This document shows positions 28,038 through 42,879 of a stretch of DNA of 64,000 nucleotides, one piece after another. The notes beneath the pieces are model-generated. The model was not told the DNA's origin. It searched no databases and saw only the letters and a list, made by a program, of their open reading frames with translations. The number at the start of each line of letters is the position of its first letter. Position 1 is the stretch's first letter. The stretch comes from Octopus vulgaris (Eukaryota), in NCBI GenBank assembly GCA_951406725.2, contig OX597821.1:71796001-71860000 (forward strand), written 5' to 3'. The position numbers and the translations under genes were made by a program.

Positions 28038-28109
28038 ACATATGACGATGGATTGGGAAGCTGAAAGAAAGATACGAACGCATTTATCTGGCAAGCCAAT
28101 AGTTAAAAA
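28038..28109 (+). CDS. candidate 72-nt coding exon, (x)HMTMDWEAERKIRTHLSGKPIVK(x)
   Basis: Strong acceptor TTTTTACCTCTTTTCAG|, donor AA|GTGAGA, open frame, phase 2-2, non-repetitive; protein not recognised. Confidence 0.45.
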
Positions 28110-28139
28110 GTGAGAATGACGAAACTAACCGGAGTAAAT

Positions 28140-28330
28140 GAGCGAGACAGTAGGAGCATTAACACGCCGGACAAAGTGCTTAGCAGCATTTCGTCCGTCC
28201 TTACGTTGCGAGGCCGCCTTTGCCTTTCATCCATTCGGAGAGATGAAATAAGTACCAGATGAGCACCAATGTTAGTGTGATCGACTTACTCCTCCTCCGA
28301 AATTGCTGGCCTTGTGCTAAAATCTAAAAT
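28140..28330 (+). mobile_element. SINE family A, decayed
   Basis: TTTGCCTTTCATCCATTCGGAG..AAATAAGTACCAG core. Confidence 0.75.
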
Positions 28331-28504
28331 TATGACGAAATACCCAGCTGATGGAACCCTTACTCAATATGATGTTCCACACGCTTGGCTATTCTAGAAA
28401 CAGCTGTAAGAGACTCTGGACATCTATAGTCTTTATCTAAATTAAATGTTTTTTTCAAATGATGCCAAACGGCTTGCCTTTTCATTATCTTTATACACAT
28501 ACAA

Positions 28505-28579
<75 letters not shown>

Positions 28580-28585
28580 TATATA

Positions 28586-28932
28586 CACGAAGATATACCC
28601 AAAAGTAACCGGAAACGATCCCTGTGGGGCAAGCCAGTTGTAATTTGGACTTACGCCAGGAGAAGGCACTTGATGCAACCCTCAGGCATCAGTCTGCCGA
28701 GCACCGTCATCTGGTGCAGTAGTACTGTCACGTGTGCATCTTTGTCTTGCAGTGCTTCTCCCCTGGTCGTCGATTTTTGCAATGGCTGAAACGCAGGAAC
28801 GTGCTTCCGTGAATTTTTGTTTCCTACGAGGAAAGCGGCCGCCGAAACAGTTGTCATGCTTCAAACAGTTTAGAAGGACGCTGCCATGAGCAAAACAAGT
28901 TTACGAGTGGTTTTCATGTTTTAGGAATGGTC
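28586..28932 (+). mobile_element. mariner 5' fragment with transposase N-terminal HTH
   Basis: TIR-like start CGAAGATATACCCAAAAGTAACCGGAA; from ATG 28782, frameshifted MAETQERASVNFCFLRGK-AAETVVMLQTV*KDAAMSKT-VYEWFSCFRNG. Confidence 0.8.
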
Positions 28933-29429
28933 TTTGTAAGAATTTATCAAGTACTTAGCGTGAAAAACCTCATAAGAGAAAAAAATTATAAATTTTGCCG
29001 GAGTATATTCAGTATTGAATTTTTATTCCGAATAAACACGTTGTACCGAGATGCAATTCGAAAAAGCCCGCCTTTTACATAGATGTATAAAGGTTGAACA
29101 TTTCTATATGCTACGCTGGATACATTGGGTGTTCATCTGGTATGTTGATTTTTACCCATTCGTTATAGTCTTGAATTATGCTTGCACTGACGATTAAAAT
29201 GTGCATTTCTGCACTAAATATGAAATCATGATTTCATAATAACTTAGCATAGGTTTCAGGTCTATTATTGCTCTTAGCTATAGAGGCAACACATTAAACC
29301 TACTGGCCGCCTCCGGCTTACAGGTCTGTATTGCCATGAGTAATAACAGACGTGAAACCAATGGTAAATTTCTAATCGGCCATAAACACTGACCGACTAC
29401 AATTATACATAAATATATATATATATATG

Positions 29430-29522
<93 letters not shown>

Positions 29523-29833
29523 GTATAATCCTATTGTGGACAGCTGTTTATTTTTATCATTATTATTATTATGCACACATACACACACACACACACATAC
29601 ACACACACACACACATATACATATATATATATGTATATATATATATCATTGTATAAATAATAGAATATTTCTTCTATAATCGTTTTCTATACTGCTCTGA
29701 TTTATCTGTGATCTCTGTTGTATGAAGAAAAAATTACTGTACGAAGAGGGGGGCATTTTTTGATATCCAGCGTGGTAGAAGTTAATAAGTTCATGTTGAG
29801 CATTTGTTATTTCTTCAAGAATAAGTATGATAA

Positions 29834-29873
<40 letters not shown>

Positions 29874-30051
29874 GTGCACACATTTACACTCACACGTATA
29901 TACGCACAATATATATATATACATTCATACTTTAAAACACTTTAAAAACATACACACAGACGACAAACGTATACATAAATATATCAAATTGGAAATACAC
30001 ATGCATTTACACACATATGGCTATATTAAATATATATATATATGTGTGTAT

Positions 30052-30109
<58 letters not shown>

Positions 30110-30606
30110 TACTGAAGTTAGACAGAAATAGCCCGAAACCTGGCTGGTCTGCTTGTACCGTCGCTAGAAGGTGGAAGGGTTTCGCCAGCTAGAGGAGATG
30201 TCCTCTTGGGGTTAATATATCGCAGTAAGGTCCGTTTGAACGGATAGCCATGTTGAAGTGGCTACGAATATTATTTGTTAGTATAACCACTGCGCTGTTC
30301 TCTTAGAGATATTTTAGGAGTAGCATTTTTGTTTGTTGCAAAATCAGCGACCATGTATATTGCAAAGGGAATGAAAGGAACGGAAGAAAAACAGGATCTC
30401 GCCATCAAAAGAAAAAAATATTGCACTCGACGGAAGGAAAAATCAGTAGCGCCGATAGAGAGCTCCTTCAAATGTAGTTGCTATGTACGTGACTGCCACT
30501 TCCGTGTGGGCCTCTACAGCCACAACAGATGCTGCACTACCATCAGTAGCTGACATGATTTGTTTGGACGCCGATCCATGGCCCCTCGAGGCCGACGGAA
30601 GCCTAC

Positions 30607-30659
<53 letters not shown>

Positions 30660-32019
30660 GTGTATATGTAACTATTTGTCTTCGTGTGAAGATCACCAAA
30701 ACTGGAATATATTTTCAATGTATGGTTGATGCAATTTCGTCAGAAATGGTAAATCTCTTCAGAAAACTCTTAATACCTACGCATTTTAGGGCGAACAAAT
30801 CTAGAAGATTAAATGTCTGTTAAAACATACGTATTTGTATAAATATGTAAAACTATCGATTCCTATTTTAATAAAATTGGTAAGTACAAATTAGTTTTCT
30901 TTTCACAAATATACAAATGATTTTGAAAAGAAACTAGCAATTTCTTTGGCGCCTAATAATTCGTTATCACATATTCAATTGACCCCGGCAGGATGACTTG
31001 TGGACCTCAATACGACTTGAACGCAGAGGGTAAAAATTCAGACGTCACTCTGTGGTTGAGAAGATGTTTTGGCAAACACTTGATTCAAAGAAACTTTTTA
31101 AACGGACATAACTCTGGTAAAATCTACCTTTCGATAAAGTGCAATATATCGATAATGTTCAATATATCTACTTTTCTATAAGATTCGATATATCAGAACC
31201 TGATATCAATATAATTGACAAAGACTTTTGGAGTTTGTACCCGAGAATGGTTGCTGTAGAAGAATAGAGATATCTCTACATCACAGAAACTGTTTATCTC
31301 ATCGGTTCGAGTATTTTCTCTTGGGGTGGCGTTTGCTTTCTTTTTTTTTTTTTATTCAAAATTAGAGTATCGCTTTGAACACGGCATGTTATTGTTTATT
31401 TTACGTTTGAATAAATAACACCGTATTCTTTAGAGTACCCCGTGCACGCTGAAAGCCTTCATTTTCACTGAGATGCTGTCATCGGAGACGAGTGCATAGA
31501 TGCTTGCAACACGTAACTACTTGGAAAAGGTATGTAGAATTTCTTTCTTTTTTTTTTTTTTTGATAAATACTCCAAAATGCACCCTATTAGTCCAAAATA
31601 CTTTTGAAACCGTATCTTCAAAATACTTTTCACCATTTACCTAGTTTCAGATTTCCATATTGAAGACTCTGCTCTCTCTCTCTCTCTCAAGGGTATACGT
31701 TCAGGTGTATTGAAATATGGCTATCTGCGTTGTAACAACAAAGTGAATAAGGTGTGGCTCCTCGAGGGGAAGAGAGATGGATGGTTTTATGTCACCATCA
31801 CAACATAGAACCTCTGCTAGTTTATTGTTGTTGTTGTTGTTGTTGTTGTTGCTGCTGCTGCTGTTTTAACAGCTGATAACTTAATTTTCATTTCTTTTTA
31901 GATTAAACCCATTAGAAATAGTGAAAGGAGTCAGACTAAGATCGCAACAAAGGAAATTTAACTTAAAATGCTACTGGAAGTTTAAAAACAAAGTCAGTTT
32001 CGGGGGAAGTTTCAGATAG

Positions 32020-32055
<36 letters not shown>

Positions 32056-32089
32056 TGCAATTTACCATCATTCCAATTAGAAATAGGCT

Positions 32090-33072
32090 TGAAACAGAAG
32101 GAACTTTTCAAAATGTTCACAAGGAAAACCGTGGACATCGACTAGTTCCACAAAGCAAGAAATGGTTCTAGAAAAGTATTGCCAGAGTTCATGAAAATCT
32201 GTTGAGCAAATAAGTCGGGAAATAGAAATTTCAAAGTCAAGCGTCTATCGGAATTTTGAAGCGCTGTCATTGGAAACGTCACTGTTCCAAAATAGTCCAT
32301 GTTCTCAGTGAAAATGCTCCTGACTAAAGAGTGGTGTTTTGACAAGATGTGTAGATGCACACTTTCCAACAAAGATTGGTTGGAGTGATGAAGTAACATT
32401 TAAATGAAATGGTTCCACAGTTGCACCGACTGGAGGCCTGAAAACTCACATATTACATCATGTTAGTTAATTTATCAAGAGATACATTATGATGCAGCTT
32501 ATTCTCAAGAGAATTAACTGGACCATTCTTTTTGAAGGTATTGTGACTGGTTTATTTGAACTTGCTGCGACAATTTTTCGTGCCAAGCATTGAAGAGGAC
32601 TTTCAAGAAATAGAGTTTATAGAGTTTCCAACAATATATAGGGTTTCCAACACTACCATAATAATGTAAGGGACTATCTTCATTAGATTTTTGCCAAAAA
32701 GGTAGATTAGATGAAGAGGTCCAACAGAAAATGCTCCACGTTCAGCGGACGTAAACACTGCTAAACTTTTCATCGGAAAACTTAAAAGATCAATTTTATA
32801 ATGGAAACCAGCAACAGTTGACGAAACGAGGACAGTCATTGAATGAGAATGCTCACAAATACCGAATGAAATGTTTTTTTGCTTTTTTTTTATGTTTGCG
32901 ATTCTATTGCTTTGAGTTATGAGAAGTGTCCGAACCAGTTTTAAAACAGCCATTCATACAAAAATTAAATTCTATCCGTAGATTATATTAAATTTTGAAA
33001 ATAAGATGTCTTTCAATAGACACCAACTTTATAGTCAGTCAATGTATGTACACAATTTTTGGGAATACCCTG
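32090..33072 (+). mobile_element. Tc1-like transposon remnant (3' part and right TIR)
   Basis: Peptides WSDEVTFK*NG and PKR*IR*RGPTENAPRSADV (cf. RWIGRRGPxxWPPRSPDL); ends TTTTTGGGAATACCCTG. Confidence 0.75.
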
Positions 33073-33384
33073 TGTATATATGCATATCTATATTAGATGT
33101 ATGTATTTCATACTGTGTGAATTGAGTTCGTTGTTGACAGGCCCGTGGTAGCAACAACCATAGTTTGTTAGTCTAAGGATTCCAACTTGGACGCTTGCAG
33201 CTCTGCTACTGCCTTGATGCACAGCTTTACAGCAGGTAAAATGGTCGATTCCGAAGGAATGACATTTCAGGTTTCCCCTTTTAAATTGTATACATACGTA
33301 CATACTTGGGACATGTATTTTAAGATATACATATGTGTGTATGCACATATATATCCATGTCTATGTCTATCAATCTATATACTG

Positions 33385-33434
<50 letters not shown>

Positions 33435-33435
33435 T

Positions 33436-33467
<32 letters not shown>

Positions 33468-33491
33468 GCAGACAGATATAAAGGAGCTTTG

Positions 33492-33566
<75 letters not shown>

Positions 33567-33639
33567 CATATACATGTGTGTATATATGTATGTATGTATG
33601 CATGTATGTATGTATGTACGTATGTATGTATTCCGCTTA

Positions 33640-33775
33640 CCAAACTCATTTATTTACAAGACATTGGTCGGCCCAGGGTTTGAGTTAGAGGCGCTTGCTC
33701 AAAGTGCTGCACAGTGAGACTGAACTCGAAATCCCGTGGTTCCAAAGTGAGCTTCAGCACCGCGTAGCCATGACG
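33640..33775 (-). mobile_element. SINE family B, 5' half, decayed
   Basis: TTGGTCGGCCCAGGG..CTTGCTCAAAGTGCTGCACAGTGAGACTGAACTC matches the family B head in reverse. Confidence 0.7.
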
Positions 33776-34317
33776 CTAAATGTATTCATAATTTTGTATG
33801 TATGTATATATATATATACATAAGCGTTATTTGTTTTGTATCCGTATGTATTTCTATACCCGCCTGCCCGCCTGCCTGCCAGCCTGCCTGCCTACCCGCC
33901 TGTCTGCCTGCTTGCTTGTAGATGAATACATTCGTATCAAAATTAAAATGAGAAAACAATCCTTGGGGACCGAAAGCTATTATTTTGTAAGGGACAGCTA
34001 ATAAATACGAAATATCATTTCCTAGATAAACAAACTAAAAATCACAAGAAAAAAATGTTATGAAAATTGACCATGGTTTGATAATTATAATAACAGATGC
34101 CATAATAGAAAAGGATAGTTTTGTGTGTGTGTGTGTGTGTATGTGTGTGTGTGTGGTATTGTGAGGAGGGTACATACATGAATTACATTGAGGTCTTCAC
34201 TCTTCAATGAAAAGAGGAAGTAAAGGATGGTAAAGAAAATCAACACCAAAACTGTGTCAATTATATTATTATAAGTTTTATGTCCTTAATGTCGACGTTT
34301 GATGGTGTGAGCGTGCA

Positions 34318-34352
<35 letters not shown>

Positions 34353-34929
34353 AGGATTTTGTTTGTGTGTATGTGTGTGTTCGTGTGTGTGCAATTGTCT
34401 GTCTGTGTTTGTTGATAGATTCATCTACATTTGATGGCCTCCACAGCTGTCTCCATGCAATGGCTCAGTTCGTTTCTCCGCTGCTTCTAATATATTATAA
34501 CTATGTTTTAAAGAGTAGCGAATTAGCGAAAGTGATAAAGCGCCGGATTAAATCGCTACGGTGTTTAATTTCACACCTCGAGTTTCTAAGTTCAAATCCA
34601 TCTGTTGCTAATTTTACTCCATACGTCTCCAAAATCGATAACTTAAGAACCAGCCATGTGCCGAGATTGACTTAGCTCTTTTTACGAATCCCCTGTGAAT
34701 TTCTAGCTAAATCAAAAACGAATATGTCATGATCTCATTTTTCCTGGGAGTGGGTTATTGAGCTGAAAGACCTTATCAGCCCACCAGAGACATTCTATGA
34801 TTCAAACTTCCTGCTTTAAAGGGATCTAATTTAAAACTTCCAATCTAAACTTCTTGTTAATTTGCGCTCCAAGCAATTGTTTCTCTAATTTTTCATTATT
34901 TTAAACATTGATTGAAACAAAAACTCAAT

Positions 34930-35313
34930 GCTGTGTGGTAAGTAGCTTTGCTTACGAACCGCATGGTTCCGGGTTCAGTACCACTGCGAGGCACCTTGGG
35001 CAAGTGTCTTCTGCTATAGCCTCGGGCTGACCAAAGCCTTGTGAGTGGATTTGGTAGACGGAAACTGAAAGAAGCCCGTCGTATATATGTACATATATAT
35101 AAGTATGTGTGTGTTTGTATCCCCCCAACATCCCTTGACAACCGATGTTGGTGTGTTTATGTCCCTGTGACTTAGCGGTTCGGTCAAAATGGGCCGATAG
35201 AATAAATACTAGGTTTGCAATGAATAAGTCCTGGGGTCGATTTGCTCGACTAAAGGCAGTGCTCCAGAATGGCTACAGTCAAATTACTGAAACAAGTAAA
35301 AGAGTAAAGAGAG
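34930..35313 (+). mobile_element. SINE family B
   Basis: Colinear with 49477-49876. Confidence 0.9.
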
Positions 35314-36375
35314 ATATGACAGCAAAAGTCCTGCGCGTTCAAACCAAGTAGGACCTCTTTTTCACTTTTCCTTTTTTTTATCACTCAGTCACTTTCAATT
35401 TCCTTCTTCCCCTTCTCTCTCTCCCTTTCTCTGTCTCAGATAAACACACGTGCGTGCGCATACACAAACTCTCTCTTCCTCTCTCTCACATACACTGTTT
35501 CTCTTTCTTTCTCCCCCCTCCTTCTCTCTTTCCCTCTCTTATGACTAGGTGTAAGACCAATAGCTGTAGTAGAATTATCGATTCCACAGTATCTACACCA
35601 ATATATTACTGGTTGTAAATTTGATAAACTGTTGCAGTAAGACACAATTAAAGCCAGTTTCGAAAGAATTTGGTCTTAAAAGCTGTTGTTCCTTGATTAG
35701 TGGTAACTCAAGTGGGTTACCAATTGCTGGAACCATATTGCAGGGCGTGTCTGTGAAGTTAAGAATTTTGTGTCCCAATTTCGCGATTCTGAGTCGGGTC
35801 TAACCACGTGGTACTTTAAATATGTGTCTACTATAAATGTCACGCATAGACGCAAATCTGGGAGGGAGATTTGGTAAATGGAAACTATGCAGAAGCCCCC
35901 CGCCAGACGAATTGTATCTCTTGCTGAATACTGTGCTTAAACTGTCACTCGGATTAACACCGTCATTTGACCTATGGGCGTCTATGAAAGGCAATTCTTT
36001 CGCAAGCATTCGGTTCCCATATCCGGTTTGAAGATAGCATGATATCTTGATCCGTTGCTTCCTGCTGTAGCAATATATGAGTCTTGGTTTCAATCTCACT
36101 TCCGCCACCAGCGAAAAGGAGAACCTGTCCCACCTTCTCACATGAAAAAACGTCTTTCATTGAATCATATTCGATTTGAACCGGAGGTTACTTACGACAA
36201 GCATTTACGGATATATGTGTAGCACACACATACATCGGCCAATTGTTAACAGAGAGACGGAACGACACGTGATCACACCGAAACTTCTTTGCTAACATTC
36301 TCTTCATCAGCTTCATTTTCTGACATCGGAAGGTTTCCTTAACGCTATATCAATACATTTTGTGGCAACGATAAC

Positions 36376-36442
<67 letters not shown>

Positions 36443-36530
36443 GATGGATGGATGGATGGATGGATGGATGGATACATACATACATACATACATACATACA
36501 TACATACATACATACATACATACATACATA

Positions 36531-37081
36531 GTGGCTGCCCCCTCGTTATCGAGTATGGCCATTGCACGAAGCTTAATCAATGTTGATATCATGCAATGCC
36601 TGTGCAAGAAGATTTTTTTATAGTGAGGAAAGGCTGTGCACTGAGTCAATCCCACTCACTAAGCAACAGCAGCCATAATCCGAAAAGAAGAACAAGTCAA
36701 CATCATCGGTAATCACTGAGCCGCAGGTTTTATGTCGGAGTTATCCCAGTTTCCTGAGCTACCTTCTCCTAGAAGGATGCCCTGAGAAAGGCTAGGAGTC
36801 CTTCACTCCCAATGGTTTAACCGCGCGATCGGGTATTCAGTCCGATTATTTCTATGTCCCCGCGCATGATACAGCCTTAAGGCATTTATTGGATGGCCGT
36901 TGACTCTCTAGAGTTCCTCCGCCCTTTGACGAGTTTTGTTTTTCATCCTGCAGGGTGCCCAATAAACACCCTCCTCACCAAGCAATCTTGGTGGGGTTGC
37001 CGGTTTAGCCGCCAACGACCCGACCATGCAACAGGTTGTATTGGGTTACATGTTACCAGTAGCACTCGAAAATGACCTGAC
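36531..37081 (-). mobile_element. RTE-derived non-autonomous retroelement in (CATA)n
   Basis: Minus strand has an RTE-5'UTR-like GGCATCCTTCTAGGAGAAGG and a 3' end CTCGATAACGAGGGGGCAGCCAC-(TATG)n; no RT coding sequence. Confidence 0.55.
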
Positions 37082-37489
37082 ACATACATACATACATACC
37101 TACATACATACATACATACATACATACATACATACATACATACATACGTAGGTAGGTAGGTATGTAGGTATGTAGGTAGGTAGGTAGGTAGGTAGGTGGA
37201 TAGATAGATAGATATTATATTATATATTTATTATACAACTGCAGCCATGCTGGGGCACCATGTTGAAGAATTTTTAGCCGAATGAATCGACCCCGGTACC
37301 TTTTTTGTTCATACGATCCTTTCAAAATTAATGTTCTTATCAGTTATCTGGATCGTGTCCATCATCATCAGTTCCTGGACGTATTGTCTCGTGTCTGAAA
37401 ATTCAGGGGTCGGTTATTATGATATATAAATGACGGAGATGAAAAGATCAACCTTGGACAGGATATCACAGTACGTCGCAGGGTTAAAT

Positions 37490-37630
37490 ATTTGCAGCTG
37501 AGTGGACTGAGGTAACATGAAATGAAGTGCTTTGCTCAAGAACACAACACATTACCCTGTCTAGAAATCGAAACCAAGATCTTGCGATAGTGACGATCGT
37601 GAGTTTAACCCTAACCACTCGGCCACGTAT
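37490..37630 (-). mobile_element. SINE family C, 5' part
   Basis: Reverse complement of GTGGCCGAGTGGTTAGGG..GTTCTTGAGCAAAGCACTT..CAGTCCACTCAGCTG. Confidence 0.8.
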
Positions 37631-38617
37631 TTCCAAAATGTAACTCTCCTTTTGAAATCTCAAGTAAATCAGTTCGAAATAATGAACACACACAGACGCA
37701 CACAAACACATATAAACACACAGACAACACACAAACACATACACACTGCATACGTATATAACGTTTCTCTACGCACAGTTTGAAGATAGAACCGCGTATT
37801 TTAACAAAGACTCCAAATTTTCTTAACTTCCATATAAGGATAAAGTTTCGTATAAACATGCTTATGTCTAGGAATACACATATAATAAATGACGCACTGA
37901 ACATAATGCCCTATGAAGTTCGCATGCAATGAAAACCGTGTTTATAGACTGGAATGATTAAAATTTTTTAACAATACCCAAAAATATTCAGGTATATAAA
38001 CACATGTTGAATTATACTGCTGAATATATCTCGCTACATTACGACCTTTCTGTGAAACACTGCACTTTTATTAGGCAATAAAACAACTACACAACATCGT
38101 ATCAATTATAAAACGTTCTAAATTTAAAAGAAGTATCTTTCATAAAGATGCCAACTGCCATTTTACAGTGTTCTTCCGCTTGGCTGCGAGTCGTAACAAT
38201 AAAACGCCGACAATAAAATCCGCAGCAATGCAACACATTAAAACGAAACGCGTAACTGTGAACTTCCTATGAATTCCTAGAGAACTTGTTAGAATACAGT
38301 TTTACCGTAATGCCATCTAATTTCGCATCACCACAGGCAGCACAAAATATTAAATAAAAATGCCACCTACACATAAATTCTGTGAATAATGCTAATAAGG
38401 GAGCTTCTACGCATTTGTTTATTTAGATTAGCAACCAAATATTCGCACTCGTTCGATGATGTAGCCATAAATATAATGTGGCTGCGAAAAAGATGGCATG
38501 TTTCACGGTGGAAACACTTTTGATCATGGGATTATGAGATCAATCCTGACATGAAATTTAGGAACAGCATCAAGAACCAAGTACTATAAGCGAAGGTAGA
38601 ACCGATTGATATATATA

Positions 38618-40624
38618 GAGGAAGCTTGGGAGAGTTGAGTCATTTCTTACATTTCAATATGATACGGACTCTCTGTACATAAGAAAGAATTCTTTACCAA
38701 CTTGTAACATTCATGGACTTGTAACGTATATACGCCAGAGATATAGTTTCAAATGGGTGTAAACTGAAACGAGAGCATGCTTTATAAATGGTAATGATTT
38801 GATCAAACCCTCTCAGGGGGTGGTGAGAGTCGAGACATAGGGGGACTTCGGATAAGTGATATTTTAATTGATTGTACGCTAAAATGAAACACTTATATAA
38901 CCACATATAAATGATTTGAAGCATTTCGAACTGCACTTCGTTCAACATTCTGAGTAGCAGTTTCGGGGACGTTGACGGCTCCTGGGAAATGTTGGGTGAT
39001 TCTGTCATTGAATAAGAAACTGGTGTTTCTTTAAAACTTGATTGGAGAACATCTCCTTGGTTTTCATAAGAGACTGTTGGAAGATCTCAGTCTGTTACTA
39101 CTGCAGGCGCAAACTCTGTCTCACAGAAAACATCTTGGTTAAAGGGATAAATTCCCGTTCGTTGAACCCCAAAGATAATGTTTTGAGCAGTAAGACCATG
39201 TATCTCAGAATCGGAAACGAACTGAGGAATGTCATATTTTGTAATCGAATTTCCGGGATGGGAACGCATTCAGTTATCAACTGCTCGACTATATGCCGTT
39301 TTGAATGTCTTATAGCAGCTCACATCCAACGTTTGAAGCATATGGCTTGTATGAGGAGACATTGTTAATAATATCATCCCATTTTTATGGCCAAGTCAAT
39401 GGCTGCAAGAAACACATGAGTTTCGTGACTGTCCAAATTAACAACACTTTCTTCTCTTTCCTGCGCCTGGTGAAGGCTATAAAGTGTTTTTATAAAAGTC
39501 ATAAACAGATCTCCATTAATCCATCCACTGGAATTGACTCTTCCGATACACCCTGCAGGACCACTTCGATTAAATAATCCCTATTGTTTTTTCGTGGGAA
39601 GATCAGCAGTGATGGAACACCACTTCCTGCTGCATTACCTACATGCACAATTGTTACAAAGTGTCCTCTCTCGGCAGAAGTTATCGATCCTACTTTTTTC
39701 ACTCCCTCTGCAGCAACAACATTTTCAGGTTGCTTCACAGTTATGCATCCGGTTCCATTTGCATTATAAATGTCGTGGCATTCAAACTTGTGCAGACCCT
39801 TACCATCCTTTAAGTTGTCGTAAAACTTGTCAATGTTATAGCGATTGAACGCACTTGCTCTAGCAAGCTTCTGGTGTTCGAATTGCTTGATGGTTTCTTT
39901 CTTTAAAGGATATCCAAAATGCTTGCCAGTCATTCCGTTTTGTTGCCAGGAATCAGGGACCGTAACATTGTTTCTTAATGCGTGAGTCCGTGGAACTGCT
40001 CAGCCAATGTCTTTATGTGAGTCGATAACTCAGTTTCCATCTCCGATGAAAATGTCATATTTTTTTATCCTGCAATTTTCGTACCCAAACACTTCGTTTT
40101 GCTCGTCGTAATCATTTTAGTGTCATTCTTACGATACAGAAATCTTTGGCAGCAGCACGGATACTGCATCCTTCCCTGACGCAATCTCTCGCTCTTCGAT
40201 CTCAGCCCTACGATTGGTCATCCGGACATATTTCCGAGACATCTGAAAAAGTCAATAAATAGGAAAATTTTAGGTAGGTAGATCAAACTTTAATCTTTTA
40301 TGTTGAATTGAAGCCCTATGCAGTTTAGCTTCTAGGCACTTAAACTAGAAACCAAACACAACTCATTAACAGCTACCAGAATTTTTTCTCTTTATCACAG
40401 GAAGTAATAAAATCAACAGGTTAAAATTGTTTTTTCACCACGCATTAATAAAGGGAGAGTTGGGACACATAGCTGTCCCATCTATAGCTGTCCCAACTCT
40501 TCCCATTTCCTTCCATCTTAACTTCCGGCATCATTGTAACTGTAACGTTAGCCACACGGTTTTTTTAACGGCCAGTGATAGAGAAACGATATAGGTACAT
40601 GACAAAATGCATTCAATCAGAATG

Positions 40625-40682
<58 letters not shown>

Positions 40683-40888
40683 AGAAGTATGAACATGCTT
40701 ACCTTCAAATCCAACTTTTACTTTTTGGTGTAAAAATTGATTTTTTCAAGAAATAAACTACTTACGCCTGTTTAATGCATTTGATCAGCAGAAACGTTTC
40801 TAGAAGGGCTTCCAATAGGCAGTAATTATTTTTTATAATTTATAGATTTAGGCAAAATTGTTGTAGCTCAACTCTCCCAAGTTCCCCC
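38618..40888 (-). mobile_element. pogo/Tigger/Fot1-type DDE DNA transposon, both TIRs present, decayed transposase
   Basis: 23-bp TIRs (19/23 match) each flanked by TA; ATG at 40242 (MSRKYVRMTNR); DDE_1-type peptide IYNANGTG..KKVGSITSAERG..VTIV..GNAAG..P.LIFPR (ORF 39499..39933). Confidence 0.9.
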
Positions 40889-41725
40889 TACACAGATCAT
40901 ATGTGGTTGCTATGTAAGTTCCGACGGCCATTGTATCTAGGATTTCGGTTAGCACAAATCTGTAGACATATTTACAAAATCCTAAAGCAGAACCACAGCA
41001 ACATGCCTTGACCATTCCCTATCCGACCCAGTCTATACGCTGAGCGAGAGGAATGGACTCAAATATAGCAGCAGAATGAGCAACTAGAACAATCTCATTG
41101 GCGGGGAGGAAGCAGGGATGGCGGGTCATTTTAACCCGAAGTTCTCCCAAAAGTGAAGTTAAAGTTCGTACAGCATGTTTTTAAAAAAATGATATTAAAA
41201 ATAAGCCCGCCGTTATGTGCTGACAACGTTGAAATTGTAGCAGAGTGTGTCATTTTGTGAGGGCTAGGTGGATTCAACATTTCGGCATCCTGGTAGATGA
41301 TTGTCCTGTACCCAGGAGACTCATCTACCAACACCCCCTAATCTCAAAGTAGATTACATAAATGTACATCGATCAGATTTCAAGCGAGACTGACTGAAAT
41401 GAATATTTCGAACGGCTTATCTCATTACACACAACTACACTCGCACACATTTACACAATAGAACATCCGCTCACACAAACGTAAAATTAAAAAGCACATA
41501 CATAAAATAAAACTCCACAGTACGTCTGCACGCATACAAATGGATGTTTATATATATAACCACATATCTGAATACATGCTAACAAATAGACAACACGTGG
41601 ACGCGCCTACTTCCTTATATATTTTATATAAATGCAGAGAAGCACTAGCAAAAATCATGTGCGCACAAGCGTGTATATTTACACATGTATTCGTATATTT
41701 CATATACGCTTCTATGCTTGTGTGC

Positions 41726-41782
<57 letters not shown>

Positions 41783-41792
41783 CATATATATA

Positions 41793-41825
<33 letters not shown>

Positions 41826-41908
41826 ACTTTGAACGCGTAGTACTTATTCTATCGGTTCCTTTGTCGTACCGGTAAATTACGATGACGTAAACACACACAA
41901 ATACATGC

Positions 41909-41955
<47 letters not shown>

Positions 41956-41974
41956 CATACATACATACAGACAG

Positions 41975-42683
<709 letters not shown>

Positions 42684-42879
42684 AATTAATTTAGTGATTT
42701 TTCTGTCGCTTCTGAGACTACGAATGAATTCAACTGTTTTATGAATTGGGTCCTTTACGTACTCCATTTTGGGAGAAACTGCAATGTCCTTCATAGAAAT
42801 GTCTACTTCAATCTTTGCCATTTTACCAGTGGAAACTAATATTCATCTAATTCAGTAATTGTTCAAACTTAACTGAATT

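Noticed and set aside
29353-29366. GAAAC-CAATG-GTA half-hammerhead
   Set aside because: No matching 5' core or stem I nearby; too short to support alone.
31434-31529. Exon-like segment with strong donor AAG|GTATGT
   Set aside because: Stops in all three frames; could be non-coding, but nothing supports it.
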